Counted from the first letter of the whole stretch, positions 25,693 to 38,518 are shown. The stretch: DNA of 63,912 bases, filler included, from Chiloscyllium plagiosum (GCF_004010195.1; 4 parts of one record of this genome joined end to end with filler, not necessarily neighbours in it), one strand, 5' to 3'. Made by a program: numbers and translations. The notes: a model not told the origin generated them from the letters alone.

Positions 25693-26124
25693 GGTCCATG
25701 GCTCAGTGTGTCAAAGCCACATGCGATACCCCGTACATAAACATATCAAATAGGAGCAGCAGTAGACTCTTTGGCCTTTTGAATCTGCTCCATCATTCAA
25801 AAATGTCATGGCTGATCAGTTTTGTTTTGCTTTCCACATTCCCATCTACATCAAACCATTGATTCCCTTTCCTAACAAAACTCTAACTACCCTTGTCTTA
25901 AAAACATTTATTGACCACCTTCTGAAGCAGAGAGCTACAAAGTAACACAGGCCTCTGAAAGAAAAAACAAATCCCCCCTTACCTCTGTCTTCAAAGGGCA
26001 TCTCTTAATTTTAAAACTGCATCACGGTTCTGATTGACCAACAAAAGGAATGTCCCTTCCTTATTTTCCACATCAAACAGGTCATCCCTCACTCTGCTAA
26101 ATTCCAATGGAAGTAAGCTCAGCC

Positions 26125-26259
26125 TGGTAAAAGCAAGGACTGCAGATGCTGGAAACCAGAGTCTAGATTAGAGTGGTGCTGGAAAAGCACTGCAGGTCAG
26201 GTAGCATCTGAGGAGCAGGAAAATTGATGTTTCAGGCAAAAGCCCTTCATCAGGAATAG
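26125..26259 (-). mobile_element. Solo PLE family A pLTR fragment ending just beyond the hammerhead core
   Basis: Homologous to 11912-12045; flanked by agctcagc at 26116-26123 and 26260-26267. Confidence 0.82.
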
Positions 26260-26680
26260 AGCTCAGCTGTCCAACCTTTTCTCAAAAACAAACCTACTCA
26301 TTCCAGGTAAACCTCCTCTGAGTGTTCTCCAATGCACTTACATCCTTCTTAAAACACGGAGACTAAAATTACACACTGTGATTGAGTCTCACTAATGTGT
26401 TGTATAATATCCGTACTTTCATTTTCAAATCCTTGTGCAACACAGGTCAGCTTTCTTGATTATCTTGATTTCTTGATTATCTGCTAAAACTGCATACTAA
26501 ACTTTTGTACCTCACGCAGTCCAATACCTGAATCCCTCTACATCTCAGAATCATGCAATTGTTCTCCGTTTAAGATATATGCTGCTTTACCATTCTTCCT
26601 GCCAAAATAAGCAAGTTCACATCTTCCCACATATGCCAGATGTTTGCACACTCACTCCAACTATCTCTATCCATTTGAAA

Positions 26681-26886
26681 AGTTAAAAATCACACAACAT
26701 CAGGTTATAGTCCAACAGGTTTATTTGGAAATATAAGCTTTCGGAGCGCTGCTCCTTCATCAGGTGGTTGTCCATGAAGGTGCAGTGCTCCAAAAGCTAG
26801 TGCTTCCAATTAAACCTGTTGGACTATAACCTGGTGTTGGGTGGTTTTTAAACTTTGTCCACTCCAGTCCAACACCGACATCATGA
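26681..26886. mobile_element. Fold-back PLE family B pLTR insert with a degenerate 14-bp TSD
   Basis: Inverted arms around ~26765-26773. Flanks are ctatccatttgaaa (26667-26680) and ctatccatctgcaa (26887-26900). Confidence 0.85.
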
Positions 26887-27475
26887 CTATCCATCTGCAA
26901 CCCTCCTTATATATTCTTCTTACATACTTTCCGACCTACCTTGGTGTGATCGGTGAATTTAACTACTATGCTGTCATTCTCCTCATCTAAGTCATTGAGG
27001 TAAACTATAAAAGGATGAGAACACAGCCCAGACTTGTCTCCATTTATCACATTCTATCAACCAGACAAAGACCTATGAATGTCTTGACTTTGTTTTCTGC
27101 CAATCAGCCAATCTTCTATTCATGCTAATGTGTTGCCCACCAACATCCACCCCCCCCCCCCCCCACCCCCCCACGCCCCTTCCCCGCTCCCATACCATGA
27201 GCTTTTCTTATCAAGGATAACCTTTTGTGTGTTACCTTATAAAATAGTTTCTGGAAATCCACATACACAGCACCTACAGGCTCATCATTATCCACAGCAT
27301 GTGTTGCTCCATAAATTGGTGAAAAATGAATATGAAATCAAAATATTGCAGATACTGGAGATTTTAACCCCATTGGATATAAAATTCGATCAGATCATGA
27401 TCACTGCTAACACTGGCTGCATGAACACTGAACTCATTAATTAATATTGACACATTACCCATAGTAAATGTAATA

Positions 27476-28464
27476 TCATAGAGTCATAGAGATGTACAGC
27501 ACAGAAACAGACCATTCAGTCCAATACGTCCATGCCAACCAAATATCCTAAGCAAATCCAGTCCCATTTTCCAGCACTTGGCCCATATCCCTGTAAACCC
27601 TTCCTATTCATGTACCCATCCAGATGCCATTTAAATGTTGTAATTGTACCCACTTCTGGCAGTTCATTCCATACATGCACCACCCTCTGTGTAAAAAGTT
27701 ACCATTCAGATTCCTTTTAAATCTTTCACCTCTCACCTTAAACCTATACCCACTAGTTTTGGACTCCCCCCATCCTGGGCTATTTACCCTATCCATGCCC
27801 CTTATGATTTTCTAAACCTCAATAAGGTCACCCTTCAACCTCCGACATTCTAGAGACAATAGCCCCAGCCTATTCAGCCTCTCCCTCAAACCCACCAATC
27901 CCAGCAACATCCTTGTAAATCTTTTCTGAATCCTTTCAAGTTTAACAACATTATTTTTACAGCAGGAAGACCAGAATTGAATGCAATATCCCAAAGGTGG
28001 CCCAACCAATGTCCTATACAGCCACAACATGACATCCCAACTCCTATACTCAATATATTGACCAATGAAGGCATGCATGCCAAATGCATTCTTCACCACC
28101 ATGTCCACCTGCGACTCCACTTTCAAAGAACTATGCACTTGTACCCAAGGTCTATTTGTTCAGCAGGGCCCTACTATTAATTGTATAAGTCCTACTTTGC
28201 TTTGCCTTACCAAAATTCAACACCTCACATCCAAATTAAGCTCCATCTGCCTGTCCTCGGACCATTGGCCCATCTGATCAAGGTCCTGTTGTATTCTGAG
28301 ATAACCTTTTACACTGTCCACTATGGCATCATGTTTGGTGTCACCTGCAAACTTACTAACTATACCTCCAGCATTCCCAAACAAATCATTTATATAAATG
28401 ATGAAAAGCAGTGGACCCAGCACTGATCCTTGTGGCACAGCACTGCCCAGAGACCTCCAGTCTA
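27476..28464 (-). mobile_element. CR1/HER1 3' fragment
   Basis: ORFs read VPQGSVLGPLLFIIYINDL..SKFAGDTK and LYRTLVGPPLGYCIQFW; the tail reads catagagtcatagag on the plus strand. Confidence 0.92.
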
Positions 28465-30084
28465 AGATGGAGGTCTGGAAGAGCAAGCAATGAGCTGACG
28501 TTGCCAGGCACCCACTCAGATTTGCATGTCAGGAAATTCTCATCTAGTTTTCATCCCACGGGTGGAAGAATAATAGGAGTCTGCATATTAATGTGGAGAA
28601 GTTAGGTAGTAATCAGGCTAACAATAATCAACAATTCCTGTTAGTAGCCCTCTCACTGCTCATTCATAAGAATCTCATCTTGATGTCTGGGACAAGATTA
28701 GAAAATAAGACTTGTCAGTCTCAATGTTAAGAAAGGCTTCTCAGCAACTCACATGGCTCTCCCTAATTTCCTGCCATAATTCATGTCTTTCTGGCCTGGG
28801 AAGATTCCACCTTTGATCTATTTGTGCCACTTCATTCCTAAGAGTAAGTAAAGTAGAACCAGATTTAGTAATACTTCCTTTCTTGTGGGACTGGACACAT
28901 TCTGCTGCAGAAAATAAAATGCTGGTTTTTGGAAACTCATCCCAGTGTAATTCGCTTACACTGCCTTTGACTGACCTGGCAAGAAAGGAACATAAAAGAA
29001 AAATTTCAGTCATCTTTGATACCCTTGCCTATCAATTAATGTATTGCCAACACATCTCTAAAAATTAACATACTAAAGACATATTCACCTACAAGACAGC
29101 ACATAAAAACCGATGTTTGTCTCCAACAAATGTGTCAATTACTTTAGAAATTTGAAGCCATGGGTAAATATGAAATCCTGTTACAGATCCCAGAAACAGT
29201 GTATGTGGCAGGGATTTTGTTAACCCAAGCTCACCTGGCACACTCAAACCTGAGCCTGAGCATTTTCCGAAGGTTAGACTGGAATCTGACCATAGAATTA
29301 AAGGCTGTTGGATGGCTGTTAGAGGAAAAAGCCATTTCTTGCTTTCTGGATAAAATCCTCTTGATGTGCTGAATCTTGTTCTCAAAATGTTGACATGCAA
29401 TTCTGTGAGGGAACATCATAACTAATGCAGATATAGACTTGCAGGCTGGGCTCTGTGCCAGGCTTGGTGTGTGATAGGTAGGAAATCCATGATTGAAATC
29501 AGAAACGAAAAGCAATTCTTTATGATCTTTCAGATAAGCTTTGTTATTACAGAGTGAATGTTTCTTTCATATCCTGTGTAGGAAGTATTTAAACAATCCT
29601 GAAACTGTTCCAAAATCACTTCTCTCTCTCTCTCTCTCTCTCTCACTCCACATTTGGATTATATTTCAATTACAATCCCATCAAATTTATTTTCCTGTTT
29701 CAAAATGGAGAAATTTCTCTAACATATTGGATATATTACATTCTGTCTAAAAGTTTAAAGCTCTTTCTTAAAAGGAAGTGCGTTCCAGCATTTTAACAAC
29801 AAGAGTCTGCTCTGGCGGATCCCGATGTTATCTCTAAAAGATAACTTTTTTTCCTTGAGTGCACAGAAAATAGCTGGAAAAGATGGTCAGAATTTTAAAC
29901 AGTATTAAGTGGTATAAATTTTCTTCCAGAAAAGATACAATAAACCAGTGATACTATGGTGAGGAAGGTAATCAGAGCAATTAACCCTGCTATAATAATG
30001 TGAAAGGGACGGGGATGTCAAAATAATAGATGGGCACTTGCACCAGGTACCTAACCATGAAATTTTCACTCACCTCAAACAAAT

Positions 30085-30215
30085 CTGCCAGTGAGGTCCT
30101 ACTTTACATCCAAATCAGGCAGAGTTGGCCAGTCCTGCCAGTGAGGTCCTACTTTACATTCAAATCTGGCGGAGTTGGCCAGCCCTATAGTGAGGTCCTG
30201 CTTTACCATCCAAAT
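30085..30215. repeat. ~50-bp tandem repeat, ~2.6 copies
   Basis: gtgaggtcct(a/g)cttta occurs at 30091, 30141 and 30190. Confidence 0.88.
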
Positions 30216-30780
30216 GTTCCACAAATAGAAACATGTCAATGACCATTTTAAGTGATGTTGATTTGAGATATACATGTTGGTCACAACATTGTTAAGAAGA
30301 ATCAAGCAAAAACATAAATTACTGGAGAAACTAGGCAGGTCTGATAGCATCTGCGGAGAGAGAAACAGAGTTAACATCTTGAGTCCTGTGACCCCTCTTC
30401 AGAGCCTTCAGAAGTAAAGTGACTGGGCTGGAAACTGTGAGTCAGGTTTCTGCCTCCACATGTGCTGCCAAGCCTGCTGAGTTTCTTCAGCAGTTTATAC
30501 TTTTGTTTGTTTCAGATCTCCAGCATCCACAATTCTTTGTTTTATTTTATTGTTAGAAAGTCATGTGCTGTTTATTGAAATAATACTCTGGGATCTTTTA
30601 CATCCAGCTGAGGGGGCAAATGGTCATTTGTTTAATATCTTATCCAAAAGATAATACCTCCAATAGGGTATGTTTTCAATGCCAGCCTCAAATTATGCTG
30701 ATGTTTTTGGAGAAGGTCTTAAATTCACAAATGGTATGATTTGATTTAGAGGCCAGTGCACTACTATAGAGCCACAGTCA
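30200..30780 (-). mobile_element. Old DeuSINE-type SINE (SacSINE1/AmnSINE1-like central domain), interrupted by a PLE hairpin
   Basis: The minus strand has Deu-domain-like text tcttttggataagatattaaa..ctcagctggatgtaaaagatcccag..tatttcaa and a tRNA-like head ctgtggctctatagtagtgcactgg. Confidence 0.6.
30305..30548. mobile_element. Old fold-back PLE family C pLTR insert
   Basis: Imperfect inverted arms (ctggagaaactaggcaggtctgatagcatctg / tgctgccaagcctgctgagtttcttcag) turning at ~30405, with degenerate flanking repeats attgtta(a)gaa(g). Confidence 0.7.
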
Positions 30781-31809
30781 ATATTGGAAACTTGTTTTGC
30801 TTACTTCAGATCTTATCTCGTGAGACTACACTAACATATGCTGCAATTGTATCCGCCAAGGGAGCGTGGTCACTGTTAGACATTTGAGCACAGGGGGTGT
30901 TCCTGCGTTCATAACAAATAGAAGTTAATCACCGCAGAGGGAAACTTTGACTCAGCTGTCAATGAGGATGAATAGCACAGTAGTGTTTGTGGCTGAAATA
31001 GAGATAGTAGATCAGGAAATAACAACAGGAACTAGTCATAGACTGTAAAGGACCTTTTTGAGAGAAGATACAATACTGGCTTTATTCTGCATTTCTGGGG
31101 AACAAGATGATTTGAAAAATTATTTCTAATATAAATAATTTTGTTTACAGATGCTGGCCTGGAACCTGAGGCTGAGCAAAGCTCGAGCTGCACAGGCTAA
31201 GCCGTGCAAAATGAGCTCTTGCCGAGTAACTGGGGCCTCAGGCAACTTCCAGGATCAGCCTCATTTATACTGTATGTGTCAGAACTCTAATGGGAGAAGC
31301 CTACAAGTTTAGGAAACATGTGAGTGGGCTGATCTGATCAGGAAGTTTGATGTTGATTTGCTGATGACGTTTTGCGAGGCAGAGACAAAGCAAGCAGTCT
31401 GTTTGCAACATGTTGATCATCGAGCTGACCTGTGGCAAGTTCATACCTGTCATCTATTTGCATGCAATGAATATTTATCAAAGTGAAACTGTTTGTAATA
31501 AAATCCTACCTTTCAGTTAAAGTTTGTGGTGTTTGAGAATCTCAGGTCAACCAGATCATATTTGCTTAAATGTCTCACATGCCAATTGCTTAATCCTGTG
31601 CAGTTGTGTATAAGATCAGCAATTTTCTTTGTCTAGCTCCACAGCGTAAGGGAGAAGAACAGGATGGTGGCCTACTGCATGGAGGCTCAGGACCAGCGAG
31701 GATGAGCCAGTTGTTGGTGGGATACTTTGGAGTTGGGTCAGGGGCATGGACCATTGGAAGAGAAATCCAAGGGAGGCAGAGGATGGAGTTCATTTACAGA
31801 TTTCAATTG

Positions 31810-32140
31810 CATGGTGGTAATGGCACTAGACTGGAAATCCAAAAGCCGAGGCTAATGTTCTGGGGTCATGGATTCAAATCTCATTGTAATAGATGGCAAA
31901 ATACAAAGTCAATGAAATTTGTAATTGCAAGCCGGTCTAATGGTGACTATGTAACAATCATTGATTGTTTGAAAAACCTATCCATTTCACTACTGTCATT
32001 TAGGAAAGGAAACCTGCCATCCTCACCTGATCAGTCTTACATGTGATTCCAGATCCAGAAATATCTGGTTGACTCTAACAGTCCTCTGAAAGGGCCTAGC
32101 GAGCCACTCAATTCAAGGGCAGTCAGAAAAGGCAATAAAT
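31810..32140 (+). mobile_element. tRNA-derived SINE (second family)
   Basis: ggattcaaatctc B-box-like motif and core tttcactactgtcatttaggaaaggaaacc..gtgattccagatcc. Confidence 0.72.
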
Positions 32141-32164
32141 ACCTCCCTATTTCTGCCCTTTTTT

Positions 32165-33085
32165 TTAGCTTTGACAAAGGGTCAGTTAAACTCGATACGT
32201 CAGCTCATTTCTCTCCTTACAGATGCTACCAGACCTGCTGAGATTTTCCAGCATTTTCTCTTTTCCATTTCTGGCAATAGTCTATCCACTAATATCCATT
32301 ACAAGCCCACTGACTCCCACAGCTATCCGGACTACAGCTCTTCTCACCCTACGTCCTGTAAGGACTCTATCCCTTTCAGCTCCTTCGCCTCTGCCGCATT
32401 TGTTCCGATGAGGCCACTTTCCAAAGTGGTGCTCTTAATATGTTGTCCTTCTTCTCCAACCGTGGCTTCCCAACTACAGTTGTTGACAGGGCTCTCAACA
32501 GCGTGCGGTCCATCTCCTGCGCCACAACCCTCACCCCCTCCCTCCCTTCCCAGAACAAGAATAGGGTCCCTCTTGTTCTCACCTTTCACCCCACCAGCCT
32601 TCACATGCAAAGAATAATCCTCCACCATTTTCGCCAACTCCAACACGACGCCACCACTAAACACATCTTCCCTTCCCTCCCCCTGTCTGCATTCCACAGA
32701 GATCCTTCTCTCCCTCCGGGACAACCTAGCCCACTCCTCCATCACACCTAACACCTCTCCCATCACACATGGCACCTTCCCATGCAATCGCAGAAGGTGC
32801 AACACCTGCCCCTTTACCTCTTCCATGCTCATCATCCAAGGCACCAAACACTCATTTCAGATTAAGCAGTGTTTCACTTGTACCTGTTTCAATTTGGTCT
32901 ATTGCATTTGTTGCTCCCAATGTGGTCTCCTCTATATCAAAGAGACAAAACGGCAACTGGGTGATCACTTTGTTGAGCACCTTCGGTCTGTACGCAATCA
33001 GGTCCCGGACCTTCCAGTGGCATCCCACTTCAACACACAATCCTGCTCCCATGCCCACATGTCTGTCCTTGGCCTGCTGCAATAT
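32165..33085 (+). mobile_element. PLE: family C pLTR followed by a thumb/linker/GIY-YIG ORF fragment
   Basis: Motifs IHYKPTDSHSY..SSHP..CK.SIPFS, RVPLVLTFHP and NLVYCICCSQCGLLYIKETKRQLGDHFVEHLRSV. Confidence 0.85.
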
Positions 33086-33280
33086 AACATAGAACATAGA
33101 AAAATACAGTGCAGTACAGGCCCTTTGGCCCTCGATGTTGCGCCGATCCAAGCCCACCTAACCTACACTAGCCCACTATCCTCCATATGCCTATCCAATG
33201 CCCGCTTAAATGCCCATAAAGAGGGAGAGTCCACCACTGCTACTGGCAGTGCATTCCATGAACTCACGACTCGCTGAGTA
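33086..33280 (-). mobile_element. CR1/HER1 extreme 3' end (same subfamily as 23188-23892)
   Basis: Near-identical reverse complement of 23685-23880. Confidence 0.9.
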
Positions 33281-33625
33281 AACACAGCGAGTTCTGGTTT
33301 GTTTCACCATATTTCCCACACTACCATGACTTCACCTTATTCACTATTGCTTTGGAATTTCCTGGGATCATGAAAGGTTTTACATAAATGCAATTTTTTT
33401 TTTATTGGGCACAATACAGCATGCATGTGTTAGCAATGGACTCATCTCACCTCCACAGCCAGGGTGTTTCGGCAGCATCATTCCAAGCCTGTAAATCACA
33501 AGATATCAATGTTTATTCTCAGTCAGGTTTGAACTTGAAGGAGAAAATCTGTTAGTTTATGGAGTCTTGACAACTTGGAAAGTTTATGGCTTCCAGACCA
33601 AAATGTAGATATTTTAAGCCAGTGT

Positions 33626-33910
33626 GATTAGATTAGATTCCCTACAGTGTGGAAACAGGCCCTTCAGCCCAACAAGTCCACACCAAATTTTCCAACCCAC
33701 CCAGACCCATTCCCCTACTCCCTACGAATGCATCTATCACTATGGGCAATTTAGCATGGCCATTCACCTGACCTTTGGACTGTGGGAGGAAACCCATGCA
33801 GACACAGGGAGAATGTGCAAACTCCACACAGACGGTCACCTGAAGCTGGAATCGAACCCGGGTCCCTGGCGCTGCGAGGCAGCAGTGGTAATCACTGAGC
33901 CACCGTGCCA
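33626..33910 (-). mobile_element. HE1-type V-SINE
   Basis: Same head, core and tail as 7381-7700. Confidence 0.88.
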
Positions 33911-34003
33911 TAATAATAGCTCAATCCAATGTCGATTTTATTTTGGTGACTGAGAATCCTTCGATCACAGTGGTTTACAGTTTGATTGGCTGCTTATGAA
34001 ACC

Positions 34004-34277
34004 GAGGAGAAAGTGAGGGCTGCAGATGCTGGAGATCAGAGCTGAAAATGTATTGCTGGAAAAGCGCAGCAGGTCAGGCAGCATCCAAGGAACAGGAGAA
34101 TCGACGTTTCAGGCATAAGCCCTTCTTCAGGAATGAGGAAAGTGTGTCCAGCAGGCTAAGATAAAAGGTAGGGAGGAGGGACTTGGGGGAGGGGCGTTGG
34201 AAATGCGATAGGTGGAAGACAGGCCGCCTACTTGCGGAATGTTTCAGAGAACACCTCTGGGACACCCGGACCAACCA
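34004..34277. mobile_element. PLE family A': pLTR plus adjoining PLE ORF text, running into a gap
   Basis: Minus-strand pLTR at 34004-34215 (core at 34103-34130), joined to sense GIY-YIG text ..RLLAECFREHLWDTRTNQ. Confidence 0.8.
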
Positions 34278-34377
34278 NNNNNNNNNNNNNNNNNNNNNNN
34301 NNNNNNNNNNNNNNNNNNNNNTTAATTAATTAANNNNNNNNNNNNNNNNNNNNNNNNNNNNNNNNNNNNNNNNNNNN
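34278..34377. other. Artificial scaffold spacer N44-TTAATTAATTAA-N44
   Basis: Linker at 34322-34333. Confidence 0.97.
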
Positions 34378-34945
34378 GTCTAACATACGAGGAACGGCTG
34401 AGGATCCTGGGATTGTATTCATTGGAGTTTAGAGGATTAAGGGGAGATCTGATAGAAATTTACAAGATAATACATGGCTTGGAAAGGGTGGATGATAGGA
34501 AATTGTAGGAACGGCTGAGGATCCTGGGATTGTATTCATTGGAGTTTAGAGGATTAAGGGGAGATCTGATAGAAATTTACAAGATAATACATGGCTTGGA
34601 AAGGGTGGATGATAGGAAATTGTTTCCGTTAGGTGAGGAGACTAGGACCTGTGGACACAGCCTTAGAATTAGAGGGGGTAAATTCAGAACAGAAATGCAG
34701 AGACATTTCTTCAGCCAGAGAGTGGTGGGCCTGTGGAATTCATTGCCGCAGAGTGCAGTGGAGGCCGGGACGCTAAATGTCTCCAAGGCAGAGATTGATA
34801 AATTCTTGATGTCACAAGGGAATTAAGGGCTACGGGGAGAATGTGGGTAAGTGGAGTTGAAATGCCCATCAGCCATGATTGAATGGCAGAGTGGACTCGA
34901 TGGGCCGAATGGCCTTACTTCCACTCCTATGTCTTATGGTCTTAT
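34378..34945 (+). mobile_element. CR1 3' fragment (cctatgtcttatggtctta-tail subfamily) containing a perfect 117-bp duplication
   Basis: ORF reads YSLEFRGLRGDLIEIYKI..FFSQRVVGLWNSLP; 34390-34506 is identical to 34507-34623. Confidence 0.9.
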
Positions 34946-35029
34946 TAGAAACTTTTATAATTTAAGATTTTATTATTACCCTGACTAAAACAATTTTTCT
35001 GAGAGGTCTGGCAATGACACATCGCTTTT

Positions 35030-36480
35030 ATTTCATGTATTAAAATGATAAACAGTCCCAAGGCACTTCAGAGGAACCATATAAGGAGACAGGTGACTAA
35101 AAGCTTGGCAAAAGAGCTATGTTTTAAGGACTATCTTAGAGGTGCCAAGACAGCAGACTGGTTTCAGGAAAGAATTACAGAACACAAGGCCTTGGCGTCT
35201 GAAGCTATGGTGGGATTACTTAAAATCCAGGATATATGAGTAGTATAACATTGGAAGAGTACAGAGATCTGAGTTGTAGGATTGGAAAATTTTACTGAGA
35301 TGGGGGAAAAGTGAGGTCACAGAAGGATTTAATAAAAAGATGAGAATTATAAGACTGGCTGCAGCAATGCTTCAGTGTTGATCACTGAGTTTTGAAGTGG
35401 TGGGTGACTCGAACTGGGTGCAAGTGGAGATATGCAGAGTTTTAGATGAGCTCAAATTTATGGACTGTTTTTGATTGGAATCCTAGCAGGGGAATATTGG
35501 AATTACCATCTCCTGGAAGGAGCAAAGGCATTGCTGAAAATTTCAACTAGTGTCAAGATGAGTGATGATGTGGAGTGAAAGTTAATAGTCCTAATGGAGT
35601 AGATATAAAATTGAAAGCTTTGTTTAGGGTTAGATGGATGACAATGTTGCGGGTGACTTAGTTTAGCTTGGATGGTGGCCAGTATATGATATGGTGTTGG
35701 GGATAAGGGATGGAGTTTGTAGTTGAGACAGAAGTCCATGTTTTTCATGTGCTCAATATTTAATTGGATGTCAGTCAAACTAGAAGAAATTGAGGAACTG
35801 TAAAACCTGTGCCCACACCTCCTCCCTCACCTCTATCCAAGGCCCTAAAGGAGCCTTCCATATCCATCAAAATTTTACCTGCACACGGATACAATATCAT
35901 TTATTGTATCCGTTGCTCCCGATGCGGTCTCCTCTACATTGGGGAGACTGGGCGCCTCCTAGCAGAGCGCTTTAGGGAACATCTCTGAGACACCCACACC
36001 AATCAACCAAACCGCCCTGTGGCCCAACATTTCAACTCCCCCTCCCACTCTGCCGAGGACATGGAGGTCCTGGGCCTCCTTCACCGCCGCTCCCTCACCA
36101 CCAGACGCCTGGAGGAAGAACACCTCATCTTCCACCTCGGAACACNNNNCTTCAGGCTCTCTGCCTTTATTCCTGATGAAGGGCTTTTGCCCGAAATGTC
36201 GATTTTGCTGAAGCTCCTCGGATGCTGCCTGAACTGCTGTGCTCTTCCAGCACCATTGATCCAGAATCTGGTTTCCAGCATCTGCAGTCATTGTTTTTAC
36301 CTAGAAGAAATTGAGCACCATTCAAGAAGGGTTCAAGAGAGTAAGGGGTAAAGTAGAGCTCAGTGTTATCAGTGAGATCACAACCTTTTGGTTTTGTTTT
36401 TGGTTTATGTCACTGATGACACAGTGAGAAGTAGGAAGTGAGCCCATATTAATCCTGGGTGGTAGGTGCAGAGGAGGATG
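35030..36480 (-). mobile_element. Old L2-like LINE remnant split by a PLE insertion
   Basis: Degenerate antisense RT C-terminal/3' text (aggtgactaaaagcttggcaaaagag..; ..QLNI..); recognised by eye only. Confidence 0.45.
35795..36300 (+). mobile_element. PLE family A 3' fragment (GIY-YIG and pLTR) with a perfect 15-bp TSD
   Basis: Encodes IIYCIRCSRCGLLYIGETGR. TSD ctagaagaaattgag at 35780-35794 and 36301-36315. Confidence 0.92.
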
Positions 36481-37245
36481 TCGTGGTCGTATATAGAGCA
36501 CAAAATAAATCCGAGTGTCTTCATTCCAACAATTTGTCATTCAACATTTTCTAAATGTGGACTTTACCCAAATTTGTTTATCGGAATTGCACTGTTTGGC
36601 ATCAATATAATATAACTTAAAATCACATTATAAACACAAAAAATTAGAATGATTTGTTCTTGTATTTTGGCTTGAACCTCAAAAGAATGGCAATAAATAT
36701 TTTAAAATACTTCATTGTAACAAGTGTATATACTTATGACAACTTATTTCAGTTAATAAACTGTTACTGTTTTTATGAATTACTTTGGCATGCAACAACT
36801 TGCACCTACCCAAGAAATCAAACCCACAAATGAGCCACGGGGAACATGCTTTATGCATTGTTTGGAAGTCAAACGTGGCGCCTTCAAACAGTATCAATAC
36901 AACAGCTGTTAACTAGATTTGAGAACTGTACCTCCTGAAAGCAAATTTTGTGAAGATATTGCCTTGAGAGGATTATTCCTTCAGTATTATGAATAGATAG
37001 GTCAAAAAATACAAGAAGCCCTGTCTTGTTTTGAAGTTGTATCATTTTTTTGAATTCTGATGAACAGCCAATGAGGATTGAAGCATGATTGTAGAGATGT
37101 CTAAGTTGCATTATCTTCACAACCATCATTGTGACTAATATGTGTCTGATCCAAAAACCCATCCACTCTACTGATATATCTTGGACTAGCTACACCTCCT
37201 CTCATAATTTTGTCATCTAATAGAATCCAACAGAAGGACTTGCAC

Positions 37246-37512
37246 TACATTAGATTCCCTACAGTGTGGAAACAGGCCCTTCGGCCCAACCAGTCCACAC
37301 CACCCTCTGACTAATGCACTTAGCATTGTGGGCAATTTAGCATGGCCAATACACCTGGCCTGCATATCTTTAGATTGTGGGAGGAAACCAGAGCACCCAG
37401 AGGAAACCTGCACAGACTCAGGGAGAACGTGACAGTCGCCCTCGGCGAGAATCAAATCTGGGACCCTGGTGCTGTGAGGCCACAGTGCTAACCACTGAGC
37501 AACAGTGCCGTC
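37246..37512 (-). mobile_element. HE1-type V-SINE
   Basis: Same head, core and tail as the other HE1 copies. Confidence 0.85.
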
Positions 37513-38518
37513 CTTCAATTATGAGTAACCTAGGTGTAAGTCACCCTGGTTAGGCTTGTTAAAATGGCATAAAAAAGACTAGACATTTTGTAATTATTGT
37601 GTAAATGTTTCAATTGTCCACAGAATTAATTTAACTCCTTTAGTTGTCCAGTTGAGAACAGCTCAATCCCTTCACTATGGTGTATGCTTCAGTTTCCTGA
37701 TTGAACAATCGAAGTGATTGTTGTGTGCTAGATTTACAACAGACAGGCAACCATTCACCTCTGCTATATTGTTTGATTGAGTGGCCAGATGTTGATCACC
37801 TCCTCAAATTCACTTCCTTCCTTCCTGTTGCAAATGTGCATAGAACTGCTGTCTTCCCTCATTCTGGGAATAAACATAAAATACACATCATGATTCATAG
37901 TATATCATAGAAAGGGATTGGCCTGCTTGGATCCACGTTATTCGGTTTCATTTTCATTTCTAACCTAAGTCTAGGCAGTTGATACGCACTGTATAGTTGC
38001 ACTTTCCTTTAAATCACTAGTCAATGTAATCACCTCCTATAGGAAACTGTGAGTGATTGGAAAATTTATTTTTTTAATGAATTACATCTGAAAGTTCGTT
38101 AACTGTTCAAAACCTCAGCTGTGATGATCCTGCAATAATCTCTGCCTTTCCAGTCTGCAGTTACTTTGACCAGCTGTATGCTTTAAAGGATTGCTGGCTA
38201 TTTAATGTCACAATAGAAGACAGACTGTAAAATATGGATATTTCCTTTGAAGGATGGAGCTTGTGAATTAGTATGTAAAACACCCTTATCCTGTGAAAAT
38301 AAATAGTAACTACATTAAAGGCCACTGTTTAACAGTGGTCCGGAGTTTTGCACTCACCCATCTAAAGTAAATGGGCTAAAACAATGCTGATTGAACAAAC
38401 TTGCTCTAATAAATGCTGATTCACTTTTAGTATTGGGTGTGGGGATTTTACTTAGGTTTGAGAAAGGTGTTCCACAGATGCACCATTTATAATTGGAGGC
38501 AACATTCTATAATGCTGA

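Larger units (their letters stand above)
25740..27330 (-). mobile_element. Old CR1 ORF2/3'UTR fragment hosting two PLE pLTR inserts
   Basis: Degenerate antisense CR1 text from the tail (taggagcagcagtagact..ggcctt) to the RT region (ttctggaaatccacatacac). Confidence 0.6.

Noticed and set aside
30085..30215. Regularly spaced repeats resembling a CRISPR array (also 12518-12609)
   Set aside because: The intervening sequences are themselves repeated, so these are plain minisatellites; the context is vertebrate and there are no cas genes.
31151..31312. Acceptor followed by a short ATG-initiated ORF (MLAWNLRLSKAR...)
   Set aside because: No recognisable domain, no strong donor site and no partner exons.
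34390..34623. Perfect 117-bp tandem duplication in a CR1
   Set aside because: It is 100% identical and starts 12 bp from a scaffold gap, so it is most likely a contig-end assembly artefact.
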